From Promethearchaeati archaeon (GTDB lineage Archaea; Asgardarchaeota; Heimdallarchaeia; Heimdallarchaeales; Heimdallarchaeaceae), in NCBI GenBank assembly GCA_013166775.1, contig JABLTJ010000003.1, positions 32,001 to 96,000 on the forward strand: a stretch of 64,000 nt of DNA. The letters are read 5' to 3'. Under the pieces are notes generated by a model. The model saw only the letters and a program-made list of their open reading frames with translations. It was not told the origin of the DNA and ran no database searches. This document shows, piece after piece, positions 27,319-37,698 of this stretch (positions are counted from its first letter, which is position 1; each line of letters starts with the position of its first letter). The position numbers were made by a program, and so were the translations under genes.

Positions 27319-28638
27319 ATGTATTCTCTTGCATTTGTTGTAGGAACTAGACCCGAAATTACTAAGATAGCTCCTGTAATTCTTGAAGCAGAGAACAGGA
27401 ACCTTTCATTTACTATTATTCACACAGGACAACATTATGACAAAGAGATGTCCGATCAATTCTTTGATGTGCTTGAACTTAGAAAACCAGATTTTAATTT
27501 GGGAGTTCAAGCTAAGCAAACAAATCAGCAATTAGGAGACATGATTAAAAAATTAGGTGAATTATTTCTAGAACTTTCTCCAAATATAGTCTTAGCTGTA
27601 GGAGATACTGTAAGTGTTTTAGCTGCTTGTTTAGCTAGTGTAAACAATCAGATTCCTTTCGGACATATTGAATCAGGTCTAAGGTCTTATGATAATACAA
27701 TGCCAGAAGAAATAAACAGAAGGATAGTAGATAGTGTATCTTCAATTCTATTTGCTCCATCTCAAAGAGCAGTTGTAAATTTACTCTATGAAGGAATAGA
27801 TGCAGAGAGAATACACTTTGTAGGAAATACAATTGTTGATTCAATACAAATTTTTGGGGATAAAATTAAGCAAGAAATACCTTCCCAAGCAAGTGAATTA
27901 TTAAAGAAAACACAAAGAGATTTTATCATTTGCACAATTCATAGAGTTAGTAATGTTGAAAATGAAACCAACCTTAAAGAAATAGTAGAGACTTTAGAGG
28001 AAATTAAGGACACCTCGATTATTTTCTTGCTACATCCACGAACTGCAAATAAATTAGAAGAATTTAAACTCATGTCACAATTCAAGAGTATTGAAAATAT
28101 GTTGCTATCTTCACCAATAGATTACTTCTCAATACTAAGCCTAATGAGAAATGAACGTTGTAAGCTAATACTCACTGATTCCGGAGGATTGCAAGAAGAA
28201 GCTGCGTTTTTGAAAATCCCATGTATAACTCTAAGACCAAATACTGAAAGACCTGAAACAGTTGAACAAGAAATAAATAAGCTAGTCAGAATAAAAAAGG
28301 ATGAAATTATAAACACCATAAAACAGACATTGGGTGATGTAAATATCAAGCGGAAATTTGATGAATTCATTTTTCCCTATGGAGATGGAAATTCCAGAAA
28401 GAAAATACTAGATATTATTGAGAACAACTTGGATAATCTATCTTTCATATCTCCTGAAATGTATTCCAGTGGATCCAAATCTTTTTTCCTTATAGAAATC
28501 AAGACTAAAATAAGTAGTTCAATTGTTGAAAACAAATTCAATTGCACTATTACTCTAGTATATGATGAGAGAGGGCAACCTATACCTATTCCAGATGAAC
28601 TACAAAAAGGGTATTGGATAAGAGTCTCAGTCAAATGA
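27319..28638 (+). CDS. wecB: UDP-N-acetylglucosamine 2-epimerase (non-hydrolysing)
   Basis: GTRPE, HTGQHYD, HIESGLRS, PEEINR, TDSGGLQEEA, TERPE, YGDG. Confidence 0.95.
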   Translation: MYSLAFVVGTRPEITKIAPVILEAENRNLSFTIIHTGQHYDKEMSDQFFDVLELRKPDFNLGVQAKQTNQQLGDMIKKLGELFLELSPNIVLAVGDTVSVLAACLASVNNQIPFGHIESGLRSYDNTMPEEINRRIVDSVSSILFAPSQRAVVNLLYEGIDAERIHFVGNTIVDSIQIFGDKIKQEIPSQASELLKKTQRDFIICTIHRVSNVENETNLKEIVETLEEIKDTSIIFLLHPRTANKLEEFKLMSQFKSIENMLLSSPIDYFSILSLMRNERCKLILTDSGGLQEEAAFLKIPCITLRPNTERPETVEQEINKLVRIKKDEIINTIKQTLGDVNIKRKFDEFIFPYGDGNSRKKILDIIENNLDNLSFISPEMYSSGSKSFFLIEIKTKISSSIVENKFNCTITLVYDERGQPIPIPDELQKGYWIRVSVK

Positions 28639-28639
28639 A

Positions 28640-29569
28640 TTAGATTGCTATGCCTGTTAGGACTTTAATTAATAGTCTTATTGCTGCTACGACTGCCAAT
28701 AACCAAAAACCTGATAGAATCCATTCTGATTTTATTTTATGAATGTATCTGGGAACTATATTTGCTGCAATGACTGTTCCTAATGCCCAGATTATAACAA
28801 TGTCCCATCTCACAGTACCCCACCCACTAGAGAAAATTCTGGTTCCAATAGCGAATGGATTTGCAATTAAGATTGTGAGTGTAGAAGTAGCTGCTGCAAT
28901 TCCAGCTGGAATACCTAAAGCCATAGTTAAAATTGGCATAAAAACTACACCTCCTCCTAGACCAAGCATTCCTCCTACAAATCCTCCTAAAACAGCAATA
29001 AAAACTCCTGGAACAAGTTTGGCTTTATATTTGTGGACATTTCCATGACGATCTGTAATTTCTCGAACTAATACAGTTTGCTTCCACCAAGGTCTATCTT
29101 CTTGGATTTCTTCTTTTTTAATGATTTCTTCGTTGTTATTGTTCTTCTTGTACTTTGCTACAAATATTGTTGTTATTTTGTAAAGTGCTATAGTAATCAT
29201 TGTTACAGCAAAGATGATTTGTAAAGTGTCTATTTTATATTTTTTTTCAGATAACCATTTTGAGAGAGTAGAACCAGCTATAGCTCCAGGAACTGCAAAT
29301 AAGACGAATGAAAAGGCAATTCTATAATCTATCCGTTTCTCTCTCGCATAAGATAAAGTTCCACTCAATGCAGTGAAAAATATTATTCCAAGCGAAGTTG
29401 AAGTTGCTGTAAATGTATCAAGTTCTAAAACATTGGAATAAATAAGTAATAATAAAGGAACATTAAGTAATCCTCCACCAATGCCGAATGTAGGAGCAAT
29501 GGTTCCGACAAGTAATCCTAAAGCAAATAATGAGAAACCTATAGCTACAGAGAATTCAAAGAAAACCAT
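28640..29569 (-). CDS. TauE/SafE family sulfite exporter
   Basis: FGIGGGLLNVP and LGLGGGVVFMP repeat motifs, ATSTSL; about 8 TM. Confidence 0.9.
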   Translation of the reverse strand: MVFFEFSVAIGFSLFALGLLVGTIAPTFGIGGGLLNVPLLLLIYSNVLELDTFTATSTSLGIIFFTALSGTLSYAREKRIDYRIAFSFVLFAVPGAIAGSTLSKWLSEKKYKIDTLQIIFAVTMITIALYKITTIFVAKYKKNNNNEEIIKKEEIQEDRPWWKQTVLVREITDRHGNVHKYKAKLVPGVFIAVLGGFVGGMLGLGGGVVFMPILTMALGIPAGIAAATSTLTILIANPFAIGTRIFSSGWGTVRWDIVIIWALGTVIAANIVPRYIHKIKSEWILSGFWLLAVVAAIRLLIKVLTGIAI

Positions 29570-29705
29570 ATTTTCACCTTTTAACAAATTCAAGAAAAGA
29601 CCTATATTTAAAAATTCAATTATTTACCCAATTTCTACTAAGATACTTTTGTAAAATAATTTTCGAAAAATAAAGATAGATTCTAGATTATGTAAACCTT
29701 GAAAA

Positions 29706-30635
29706 CTAGATTGTAACAATAGTCAAGACACTGATAAGAAGTCTTATTGCAGCTGATATCGCTAAAATCCAGAATCCTGTTGAAATCCATGCTGATTTTA
29801 TTTTATTTAAAAATCTTGGAACGATATTAGAAGAAATAATTGTACCAGCAGCCATTACTAATACTATATCCCATCTAACATACATATGCCTAATTCCTAC
29901 AGCGAAAGGTGAAACAAAAAGAATTGTAAACGTTGAAGTAGCTGTGGCAATTGCTACAGGTAAACCGAGAACCATTGTTAATATTGGTACATATACCACT
30001 CCTCCTCCTAATCCAAGCATAGATCCAATAAATCCTCCAATAAACGCAATAAAAATGCCTGGTACAAGTTTAATTCTGTATTTAAAAGCTATACCTCTCT
30101 TATCCTCAAAATCTCTGTAAAGAATAGTTTGTCTCCACCAAGATTTATTAACTTGCTCTTCATCACATTCTAAGCTCATGCATTCATTTTCTTCATCAAG
30201 AAGACCTTTTATTTGTTTCCTCCTCTGAATGAATACGTTTGTAATTTTATAGATTGCTATCAAAATCATTGTACAAGCAAAAATAATTTGAAGGATATCG
30301 ATTTCATATTTCCTCTCTTTTAGCCATTTTGAGAATAGAGCTCCTGAAATGGCACCAGGGATAGCATAAATCATAAAAGTTGCAGCTACTCTAAAATCTA
30401 TTCTTTTCTCTCGTATGTAAGATTGTGATCCACTTAATGAAGTAAAAATGATTACACCCAATGATGTAGCTGTAGCTGCATTTGCATCAAGATCAAATAT
30501 ATTTTTATAAACAAGCAAAAGAATTGGTACATTTAACAAACCACCCCCAATGCCAAATGTTGGTGCTATTGCTCCACTTAATAATCCAAAAGCAAATAGA
30601 GACAAAACAATCCACCAATTAAAATCTGCAAACAT
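29706..30635 (-). CDS. TauE/SafE family sulfite exporter (tandem paralog)
   Basis: Same motifs; visibly similar to the neighbouring gene. Confidence 0.9.
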   Translation of the reverse strand: MFADFNWWIVLSLFAFGLLSGAIAPTFGIGGGLLNVPILLLVYKNIFDLDANAATATSLGVIIFTSLSGSQSYIREKRIDFRVAATFMIYAIPGAISGALFSKWLKERKYEIDILQIIFACTMILIAIYKITNVFIQRRKQIKGLLDEENECMSLECDEEQVNKSWWRQTILYRDFEDKRGIAFKYRIKLVPGIFIAFIGGFIGSMLGLGGGVVYVPILTMVLGLPVAIATATSTFTILFVSPFAVGIRHMYVRWDIVLVMAAGTIISSNIVPRFLNKIKSAWISTGFWILAISAAIRLLISVLTIVTI

Positions 30636-30751
30636 TTCCACTAGATGCACCTAATCATTTATTCATTGAAATATATTGTGTTTAAAACTCTAGTGTAAGA
30701 ACTATTTTTCAAGTAGAAATCATTTTAAATTATTAGAAAAATAAATAACTA

Positions 30752-31624
30752 ATGAATGTTGAAAGAGAAACCGAAATAGCAGAACACTTGCTCTCATTAA
30801 TGAAGAAAAAAAACATTTGGGATTTAGATATAATCTCTTCAATTTTAAATATAAATCCTTTAGAACTCTCAAACTTCATAAAGACTTTACCGATGGCTTA
30901 TGGTCTTTCAATTTTAAACAAGAAAATATCTGTAACTATTGAGCTTGTTAGAGATGTCGAAGAAGAGATTAAAAGTAGTTTTATTAATTGGTATCAAAGA
31001 ACAGTACCTGACGCTTATTCTCGAATAAAACTAGCTCCTACTGATATTTTATCTGATAAACAAAGAAAACAGATAGTTACGGATCAACAATCCAAATCAA
31101 GAGTATCGATTTATGGAGATTATTTCTTAGTTGAAAAGATTATAAATCAATACATTGAGCGAGAAGGATTGCATCCTTCATATAAATATGTGGGAGGATA
31201 TGAACCCATTAATTTTGACTTAAAATTAGGAAATGAGATAATTTCAACACAGTTTTCCATAATCGATTATAAAAGAGATATACTTTCCCTAGCTCCCTTA
31301 CTCTTTGAAGATGTTGAAGGATTTCTCTTCATCTTTGATCCACAAGATTTGCATCAGATAGAGAAAATCAATCAAATGTCTGAATTATTAATAAACAAAA
31401 GAAAAAAGGATATATTGGTTTCGTTTTTAGCAATATTAAGAAGTGAGAATGAAACGAATTCATTAAATGAGATTGCAGATATTTTAACTAGAATAGTCGA
31501 ATGTTTTGAAGATATACAAGTTTTCAAAGTTTCATTTGCTGTATTGTTTAAGCCAGAACACATAGAAAGAAAAATCAATGATTTGATTCAGACTGCACGT
31601 TTATTAGTAAAAATGAGTAGTTAG
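30752..31624 (+). CDS. Hypothetical: N-terminal wHTH-like region plus a degenerate small-GTPase-like domain
   Basis: RVSIYGD, FDLKLGNEIISTQFSIID and LLFEDVEGFLFIFDPQD follow the Ras-fold element order, but there is no GKT/S. Confidence 0.5.
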   Translation: MNVERETEIAEHLLSLMKKKNIWDLDIISSILNINPLELSNFIKTLPMAYGLSILNKKISVTIELVRDVEEEIKSSFINWYQRTVPDAYSRIKLAPTDILSDKQRKQIVTDQQSKSRVSIYGDYFLVEKIINQYIEREGLHPSYKYVGGYEPINFDLKLGNEIISTQFSIIDYKRDILSLAPLLFEDVEGFLFIFDPQDLHQIEKINQMSELLINKRKKDILVSFLAILRSENETNSLNEIADILTRIVECFEDIQVFKVSFAVLFKPEHIERKINDLIQTARLLVKMSS

Positions 31625-31630
31625 TTTCTT

Positions 31631-32305
31631 TTATCTTAAGCTTTCATCATCTAGAAGATGAGAGTATGCTCGGAAGGAAATGTTTACAGGTATTAATCCT
31701 CCAATAAGTAGAAGAACAGATATTGCTGAGATTATGATGCCTGTTAAGTCGATACCAATCAGAACATCTCCTTGTGTGAAGGATGCCCCAAAGAAGAGAC
31801 AATAAGCTACAGCTTGTAATGCAAAAGATATTGTTGGTAAGAAATTTGGATGTTTGACAATAATTTTCTTGAAATATAAGGTGAGTAATTGCTTTCTAAA
31901 GAAAAAGAAAGATAAACTAAATACTATACTCGAGATTATCATTAATATGTCACCAATATAGAAAAACGCAACTCGAATAATCTTACCATCATCATCAACT
32001 CCAGCAACTATTAGTGAGATTTGAGCAACTAAGAGTAGTATTATGCTTATTGTTATGAGAACTGCAATTATTTTGCCCCTCTCCCATGGTTCATCAGAAT
32101 CAAAACCTAGATTATAAGAAGCAAAAGCAATCCCAATAAAAGATATAATTATTGGAATAAAAAGTATTTGAATTGCAGAAATTCCAGAAATGCTAGTATC
32201 TCGTAAACCATAAGAAAAAATTGCTAAAAGAACATAGAATGCTGAAATCATTAGACTTCCACTTGATATGAATTTAGCACTTTGAACTCTTTCCATCTTC
32301 TTCAT
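31631..32305 (-). CDS. Membrane protein (about 6 TM)
   Basis: 224 aa, hydrophobic. Confidence 0.75.
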   Translation of the reverse strand: MKKMERVQSAKFISSGSLMISAFYVLLAIFSYGLRDTSISGISAIQILFIPIIISFIGIAFASYNLGFDSDEPWERGKIIAVLITISIILLLVAQISLIVAGVDDDGKIIRVAFFYIGDILMIISSIVFSLSFFFFRKQLLTLYFKKIIVKHPNFLPTISFALQAVAYCLFFGASFTQGDVLIGIDLTGIIISAISVLLLIGGLIPVNISFRAYSHLLDDESLR

Positions 32306-32321
32306 CTCAGATAATATGATT

Positions 32322-33005
32322 CTAGATATTTTCCGTCTCTACTTCTTTCTCTTCCATCTCTATTCCATCTTCTTGAATGAATCCTTCCCTTAAAATCTTC
32401 AGTGTAAATACTAATTCAAGATATCCTAAAATTAGTGCAAAAGAGGCAAGAAGGAAAACTACTAAAGCAGTATTTTCGATGCTAACAGGTAACGTCCTTG
32501 GAAATACCCAATCTTTAGACCAAGCTGCTAAATATGGGTAGAATTGTATGAGATATCCAATTGAAATTAGAAATCTTCCCTTTCGATTGATTACATTGAT
32601 TTTTTCCATGCTGTCAATTAATAGTTTAATATAAGCAAAACCAAATAAGAGTAAGATCAAATACACTAGAAGTAAAACTAATCTTATAAGAATAAGCGAT
32701 TGCGTTATCCAATTTTCATCAATGAATATAAAGGAAAGAATAATTGTAACTATATCAACAATAGAAGCACCAAAAATTAGTACGGTGGATATTTTCCAGT
32801 GAGTTAGTTGAGCATTCTCTTTTCCAATTCTAGTTAATCCAATACCGAATAGAATTAAAGCACAATCGAAAGCGATATCTATGATTACTACAACCAAAAA
32901 TATATCGTGATAGAATGCACTCCCTAGTATTTTTCCCATTTGCAGTATTAATAGAACCCATGCAGTATAGAATAGATGATTAGATATATCTCTTGATATC
33001 TCCAT
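32322..33005 (-). CDS. Membrane protein (about 6 TM)
   Basis: Likely start is the ATG at 33005 (MEISRD), just after the upstream stop. Confidence 0.75.
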   Translation of the reverse strand: MEISRDISNHLFYTAWVLLILQMGKILGSAFYHDIFLVVVIIDIAFDCALILFGIGLTRIGKENAQLTHWKISTVLIFGASIVDIVTIILSFIFIDENWITQSLILIRLVLLLVYLILLLFGFAYIKLLIDSMEKINVINRKGRFLISIGYLIQFYPYLAAWSKDWVFPRTLPVSIENTALVVFLLASFALILGYLELVFTLKILREGFIQEDGIEMEEKEVETENI

Positions 33006-33010
33006 TTCAC

Positions 33011-34018
33011 TTACCTTTTTAGATATGGATTCTCTTCCCCACAATTTGCACAAAACATTGCGTCAACTTCAAGTTCCAGCCCACAATTTACACAAAACAT
33101 TTTCTTGACATCAGGTTCTTCTGCAAATTCAGTATCCTCTTCTTTTAGCCCTTCTTTTATAGGTTTTTGAGGTAAAACTGTTCCAAGAGTTTTCGAGTTT
33201 CGGAAAATACTTCCTCGAAATCCTTGTTGTCTTCTCTCTTGTGCTTGCTCTATAATCTGTTGTCTTCTTTCGAAATATTCCTCAGGAATTTTATCTAAAA
33301 CAGTAAATACTCTTCTCAGATACCAGAAACCGAGAACAAACATAACATCCTGCCCTATTTCAAGAAATGACATTATATAGTAGACTATTTCGTATCCTTC
33401 TTTTATCGTTAATCCACCTTCTACTGTCTCTACTAATATAGTATCAAGTGGAAAAACTGAGATTAGAATCAGATAAATAATTAGCATTAAGTAACCTATA
33501 GGGAGTGATGTTTGGCCTTTGTAGATGTTTCTCTTTTTAGCTACGTGAATATCCAATTCTCTTTTTAGTTGAATAAAACCTGCCAACATTAAAATTGCTG
33601 GAAGAAGAGAAATCATATTCAAGGTTAAATCTGGACTAGGCAAAGTAAAAACTTCCAAGAATACCAATCCAATAATCACCTGTATTGGAATTGCAATTGA
33701 TCCACCGATAATCATGAATAGACTACTTTGATACAGGGGTTGTTTCCATTTTGTATCTTTCTCTGTTCCTTGCTCTATTATTACAGTCGATCCTATTTCT
33801 ACAATCCCTGAGGTTTCCTCTTTATGGAAAAAGTATAAACTAACACCTAACCAAATAAGGGCTCCATTTAACACAATATTAAATCCCAATAATAACAATG
33901 CAATTGTTGTTAGCCTTTCTCCTGTTTGTAAAAATACTGCAAACATGCTTACTAATATTGATAGCACACAAGTAAGAGCAGCAAGTGTAATTCTTTTTCT
34001 GGAGATATCTGATATCAT
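33011..34018 (-). CDS. Membrane protein (about 6 TM) with a C-terminal zinc ribbon
   Basis: Ends in FCVNCG..AMFCANCGE. Confidence 0.8.
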   Translation of the reverse strand: MISDISRKRITLAALTCVLSILVSMFAVFLQTGERLTTIALLLLGFNIVLNGALIWLGVSLYFFHKEETSGIVEIGSTVIIEQGTEKDTKWKQPLYQSSLFMIIGGSIAIPIQVIIGLVFLEVFTLPSPDLTLNMISLLPAILMLAGFIQLKRELDIHVAKKRNIYKGQTSLPIGYLMLIIYLILISVFPLDTILVETVEGGLTIKEGYEIVYYIMSFLEIGQDVMFVLGFWYLRRVFTVLDKIPEEYFERRQQIIEQAQERRQQGFRGSIFRNSKTLGTVLPQKPIKEGLKEEDTEFAEEPDVKKMFCVNCGLELEVDAMFCANCGEENPYLKR

Positions 34019-34154
34019 CTAAATATTCCATTTTCACCTAATATATAAATCTGCGGAGATATGTCAGATTGTGCTATAAGAAAGGCATGAATAACTGAAT
34101 TCATGACTTTAATAAAAAGGAAAGTATATAAATTCCTCCAGAAATGAATAGCTA

Positions 34155-34661
34155 ATGAGGCTTTCCTCAGCACTATCATTACTAGCATGTATAATGGGTT
34201 TTCTAAGTTTGTTATTACCTGTTCTTATTTCAGGAACTGATTACGTTCTGACCTGGATAGATTTACAAGAATCACCTCCTTTGTGGTTTTATGTTGCTGC
34301 TACATTTTGGGTTGCTGCTCAAGACATAGGTCTTTTAAATGGAATCACATTTATCAGAAGAACAGATTATAGAATTTTCAGAGCTATGTTGATTGCAATT
34401 GCAATTGCTATGTCTTATTCTCTTGAAATTTCAGTTAATGTTAATATCTCTGCTACTCCATATTGGTATCAAAGCCTTCTCTTTCAAGTACCTTCTAATG
34501 CTTTTATTGAGGATCGAATAAGAATAGGATATCATGTTATACGATTATGTAGATTGATTCTTATTTTTGGTTTTCTCGAAGCTCTCATAGAAAAAAATCC
34601 CAGAAGAACTAGACAAAAAATGCACAAAGAAGTTCATGAATCAGTGAAAAGTACTGATTAA
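34155..34661 (+). CDS. Membrane protein
   Basis: 168 aa, about 4 hydrophobic segments. Confidence 0.7.
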   Translation: MRLSSALSLLACIMGFLSLLLPVLISGTDYVLTWIDLQESPPLWFYVAATFWVAAQDIGLLNGITFIRRTDYRIFRAMLIAIAIAMSYSLEISVNVNISATPYWYQSLLFQVPSNAFIEDRIRIGYHVIRLCRLILIFGFLEALIEKNPRRTRQKMHKEVHESVKSTD

Positions 34662-34736
34662 ATTAAGCCTTAAGGAAAACAGTTTTATTCATTCTTTTCC
34701 ATTTAAGAAACAATCAGATTATGATTTGTTGATAAT

Positions 34737-35801
34737 ATGACATCAGCATTATTCGTTCCTTATATCTCTTTAATGGTTTTAGATGAAACAGGAATGTCAT
34801 TGAGGTGTCATGTTCCAATTCCAGATGTTCCAGTAGAAGAAATAATGGGAATAGGAAATTTTTATAGTACAGTAATTTCAGCATCATCCCCAAATTTAGA
34901 AATCTATGGACCTTTACCAATCCCTCATTTTGGTAATTATCATTTATTAATTGTATCTTTTCGAAAATATGATTCTAGAGTTAAAGATCCTCGAGCTATG
35001 TTTAATGAAAAACTAGCAATGTGTCAGTTGTTAATTTTCTATGATAAAAACTGCGATCAAATAGTGAAATACGGACATTCACAAATTTACTTTACTATAG
35101 ATCAATTTCTTAACCAGTTTGAAGATGTAAAAGAAATAACTGATGAAAATATGGTTAAGCTCAGCGAAGAGCTAATTGAAAATGTATTGCTTGATGACCA
35201 AATAAAAGCAAAAAGTATTGAAGATATAGTGAGAGATATTGCTTCTAGATTTAATACCATTCAGCAAGTTTCTCACTTACTAAATCGAAGAACAAAAATA
35301 GGCATAGTTACTTCAGATTCCCTCTCCTACAACTTGATTATTCAAGCATTGTTCCACTTTCAAAATATTGATTTTATCTATCAATTAGATAGGAATGAGT
35401 ACATTACGAGGATAGACACATACTTCATGAGGATTGTATTAACTTTACTTTTTGATTTGGAAAAAATCGCAGGCCAAGATTATTTCCGAGAAATAGATTA
35501 CTACATTTATTTAGCATCTTGTGAGGATGAGGAAAGTACAAAACGACATCTTGAAAATATCCATTCTCTGATGGAAAGTGACCCAAAAGCTATTATTCAT
35601 TTTGTTACAACAGAACGAGCAGAAGAGTTGAATTTAACGATTAAGAAAACACTTTACAATGAAACAGAAAGGAAAAAGAACCTAAAACTAATGATTTCAA
35701 TAGGAGATGTTTTCAGAACCTTAGACAATTCGATTTATCTAATTTTAAATGATATACTTGAGCTAAGAAACATACTGCTAAGCAAAGCAGCAAAATCATA
35801 A
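34737..35801 (+). CDS. Hypothetical: longin/uDENN-like N-terminus plus a degenerate GTPase-like C-terminus
   Basis: ISLMVLDETG..IYGPLPIP..VKDPRA..LLIFY; then KIGIVT..DYFREIDYYIYLASCEDEES. Confidence 0.5.
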   Translation: MTSALFVPYISLMVLDETGMSLRCHVPIPDVPVEEIMGIGNFYSTVISASSPNLEIYGPLPIPHFGNYHLLIVSFRKYDSRVKDPRAMFNEKLAMCQLLIFYDKNCDQIVKYGHSQIYFTIDQFLNQFEDVKEITDENMVKLSEELIENVLLDDQIKAKSIEDIVRDIASRFNTIQQVSHLLNRRTKIGIVTSDSLSYNLIIQALFHFQNIDFIYQLDRNEYITRIDTYFMRIVLTLLFDLEKIAGQDYFREIDYYIYLASCEDEESTKRHLENIHSLMESDPKAIIHFVTTERAEELNLTIKKTLYNETERKKNLKLMISIGDVFRTLDNSIYLILNDILELRNILLSKAAKS

Positions 35802-35814
35802 TATTTCTTTCTGT

Positions 35815-36663
35815 TTAGGGGTCAATTTCAGGTATCGCTGATATTATTTGAGCATTTAATCCCACTCTACTCCCTACTACAGGACCCATAAAATTCACGA
35901 AAGATTTGCTAATGTTTAATTTCTCTTTCACTTGATTTTTTAACTCATTAGCAGTTTTTTCATCATTTGCATGGGTTGAGAATAAGGTGTAGGAAACAGA
36001 TTTTTCTGCCCTTCTTACAACTTCAGCAATAATTCTTTTCTTTGCGTTTTTCAGACTTATTACTTTAGCAAGTGGTACTAGTTCTCCATCGTCTATGACA
36101 ACCATAGGTTTCATTTGACCAAGATTTGCGATAAATTCTGAAGTTCTACTAATCCTACCAGATTTTGCTAGCATCCTTAGGTTCTCCATATACGCAACTA
36201 AGATAACTTTTTCCCTAATTTTCTCCATGAATTCGAATGTTTCATCTAAATTGAAACCTTTGTTTAAGATTTCTCTGAATTTAATTGCTAACAAACCTTC
36301 TGCTCCTGAAGCCAGTCATGAGTCAAGAATCTTCACATCATCGGGATAAAACTTTCTTGCTGCAACCTTCGCTTGATCATGTGTATTTGATAATTTACTT
36401 GAAAGTGTGACAACAACTACTTTATCATAACCATTCTGTAGATTAGTATCAAAAGCTTCTTTCCAGTGTGCAAAATTCGGGGAGGAACTAACAGGTAATG
36501 AATGCTCATTGATTTTATCGTAATATTGTTCTGGGGTGATGACAACTCTATCTTTCAGTACTTTATCAAGCTCAATATTAAGAGGAATCATCCCAATATC
36601 ATATTTTTCCATTGCTTCGTTGGTAAGATCTCCACAACTATCAGCTATAATTTTAATCTTCAT
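35815..36663 (-). pseudogene. DegV family protein interrupted by one in-frame TGA (36316-36318)
   Basis: The two track ORFs are in the same frame: ...KILDS*LASGAEGLLAIK... Joined, they give a full-length (~280 aa) DegV (IIADS, LSSKLS, KSGRI, GPVVG). Confidence 0.85.
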
Positions 36664-36781
36664 CGAGCAAAAAAATATTTAGAGAATTATTAACTTTTCT
36701 AGACAGTTAGATTACAAACAATTGTATTCACTATTTGGTTTTTTTAGAATTATTTATTAAGAATAGAGGTTTGGTTTCATC

Positions 36782-37615
36782 ATGGATAAGGACTTTATCA
36801 AGGTTTTAAGTAAACCTGAGATATATATTCATCATAGATACCTACCAGCATTGGAAGATAAATTTCAAAATCGAACAATAGTGATGATTCCAGGTTGGCT
36901 AGATACACTTGAGAGAAGAATGGCTCTAGTAGAGGAATTCAGGAAAATAGCTAACATAGTTATTTACGAAGCTCGAGGTTTCGGAAAATCAACAGGTCCT
37001 AAAAAACGTGGTCTTTATACTAATCAAATGTTACTCGATGAATTTCAATTAGTTCTTCAGCACCATAATCTATCTGGTACTGACTTTTATATCTGGGGAA
37101 CAAGCTTCAGTACTTCGTTGATTCTCCAATATTCTATTGAGAAAAGGGAACCAAAACCAAAAGCTCTATTAGTCGCTAGCTCTGTTTCCAAATTCAAAAC
37201 AAAATGGTGGTTTGATGTACTTAATATTATGCCGTTCTTCATGCTCAAATTCTTTGTGAAAATAGTTCTTTTCTTCCTTCGAAGAAATCTAAAGAAAAAA
37301 CAACCTGATGATGAAGAAAACATAGATTATGCTGATCAACGTTTCAAAGAAGTTAATCTCTATGCACAAATCAGAGTGTTAATTGAAGCAATGCACAAGT
37401 TTGACATTCGAGGGAAAGAAGATGAAATCAAGCAACCAATGCTTATTTTTACTGCGGAAAAAGATTGGTTTACAGATCCTGATATCTCTAAATCTTTTGC
37501 AAATTATAATCCAAAATCCAAAACTATTAGCTTAGGAAAATCACATCGTGTAGTTACAACTGGAGAAGAAATTATAAAAGAACATGTCTTAAATTTCATA
37601 AACAGCATCAGTTAA
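36782..37615 (+). CDS. Alpha/beta hydrolase
   Basis: IPGWL, YEARGFGKS, WGTSFS elbow, late Asp and His. Confidence 0.85.
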   Translation: MDKDFIKVLSKPEIYIHHRYLPALEDKFQNRTIVMIPGWLDTLERRMALVEEFRKIANIVIYEARGFGKSTGPKKRGLYTNQMLLDEFQLVLQHHNLSGTDFYIWGTSFSTSLILQYSIEKREPKPKALLVASSVSKFKTKWWFDVLNIMPFFMLKFFVKIVLFFLRRNLKKKQPDDEENIDYADQRFKEVNLYAQIRVLIEAMHKFDIRGKEDEIKQPMLIFTAEKDWFTDPDISKSFANYNPKSKTISLGKSHRVVTTGEEIIKEHVLNFINSIS

Positions 37616-37698
37616 CTTCGTTTGTTTGTAAATTCAGTTGTAATCTTAAGAATCAATAAGATTTTTATTTTAATAACACATAATCATACTTGATTTAT

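Noticed and set aside
28440-28638. WecB C-terminal extension as a novel eukaryote-like beta-grasp domain
   Set aside because: The resemblance is too weak to support by eye, and similar extensions probably occur in other archaeal WecB proteins.
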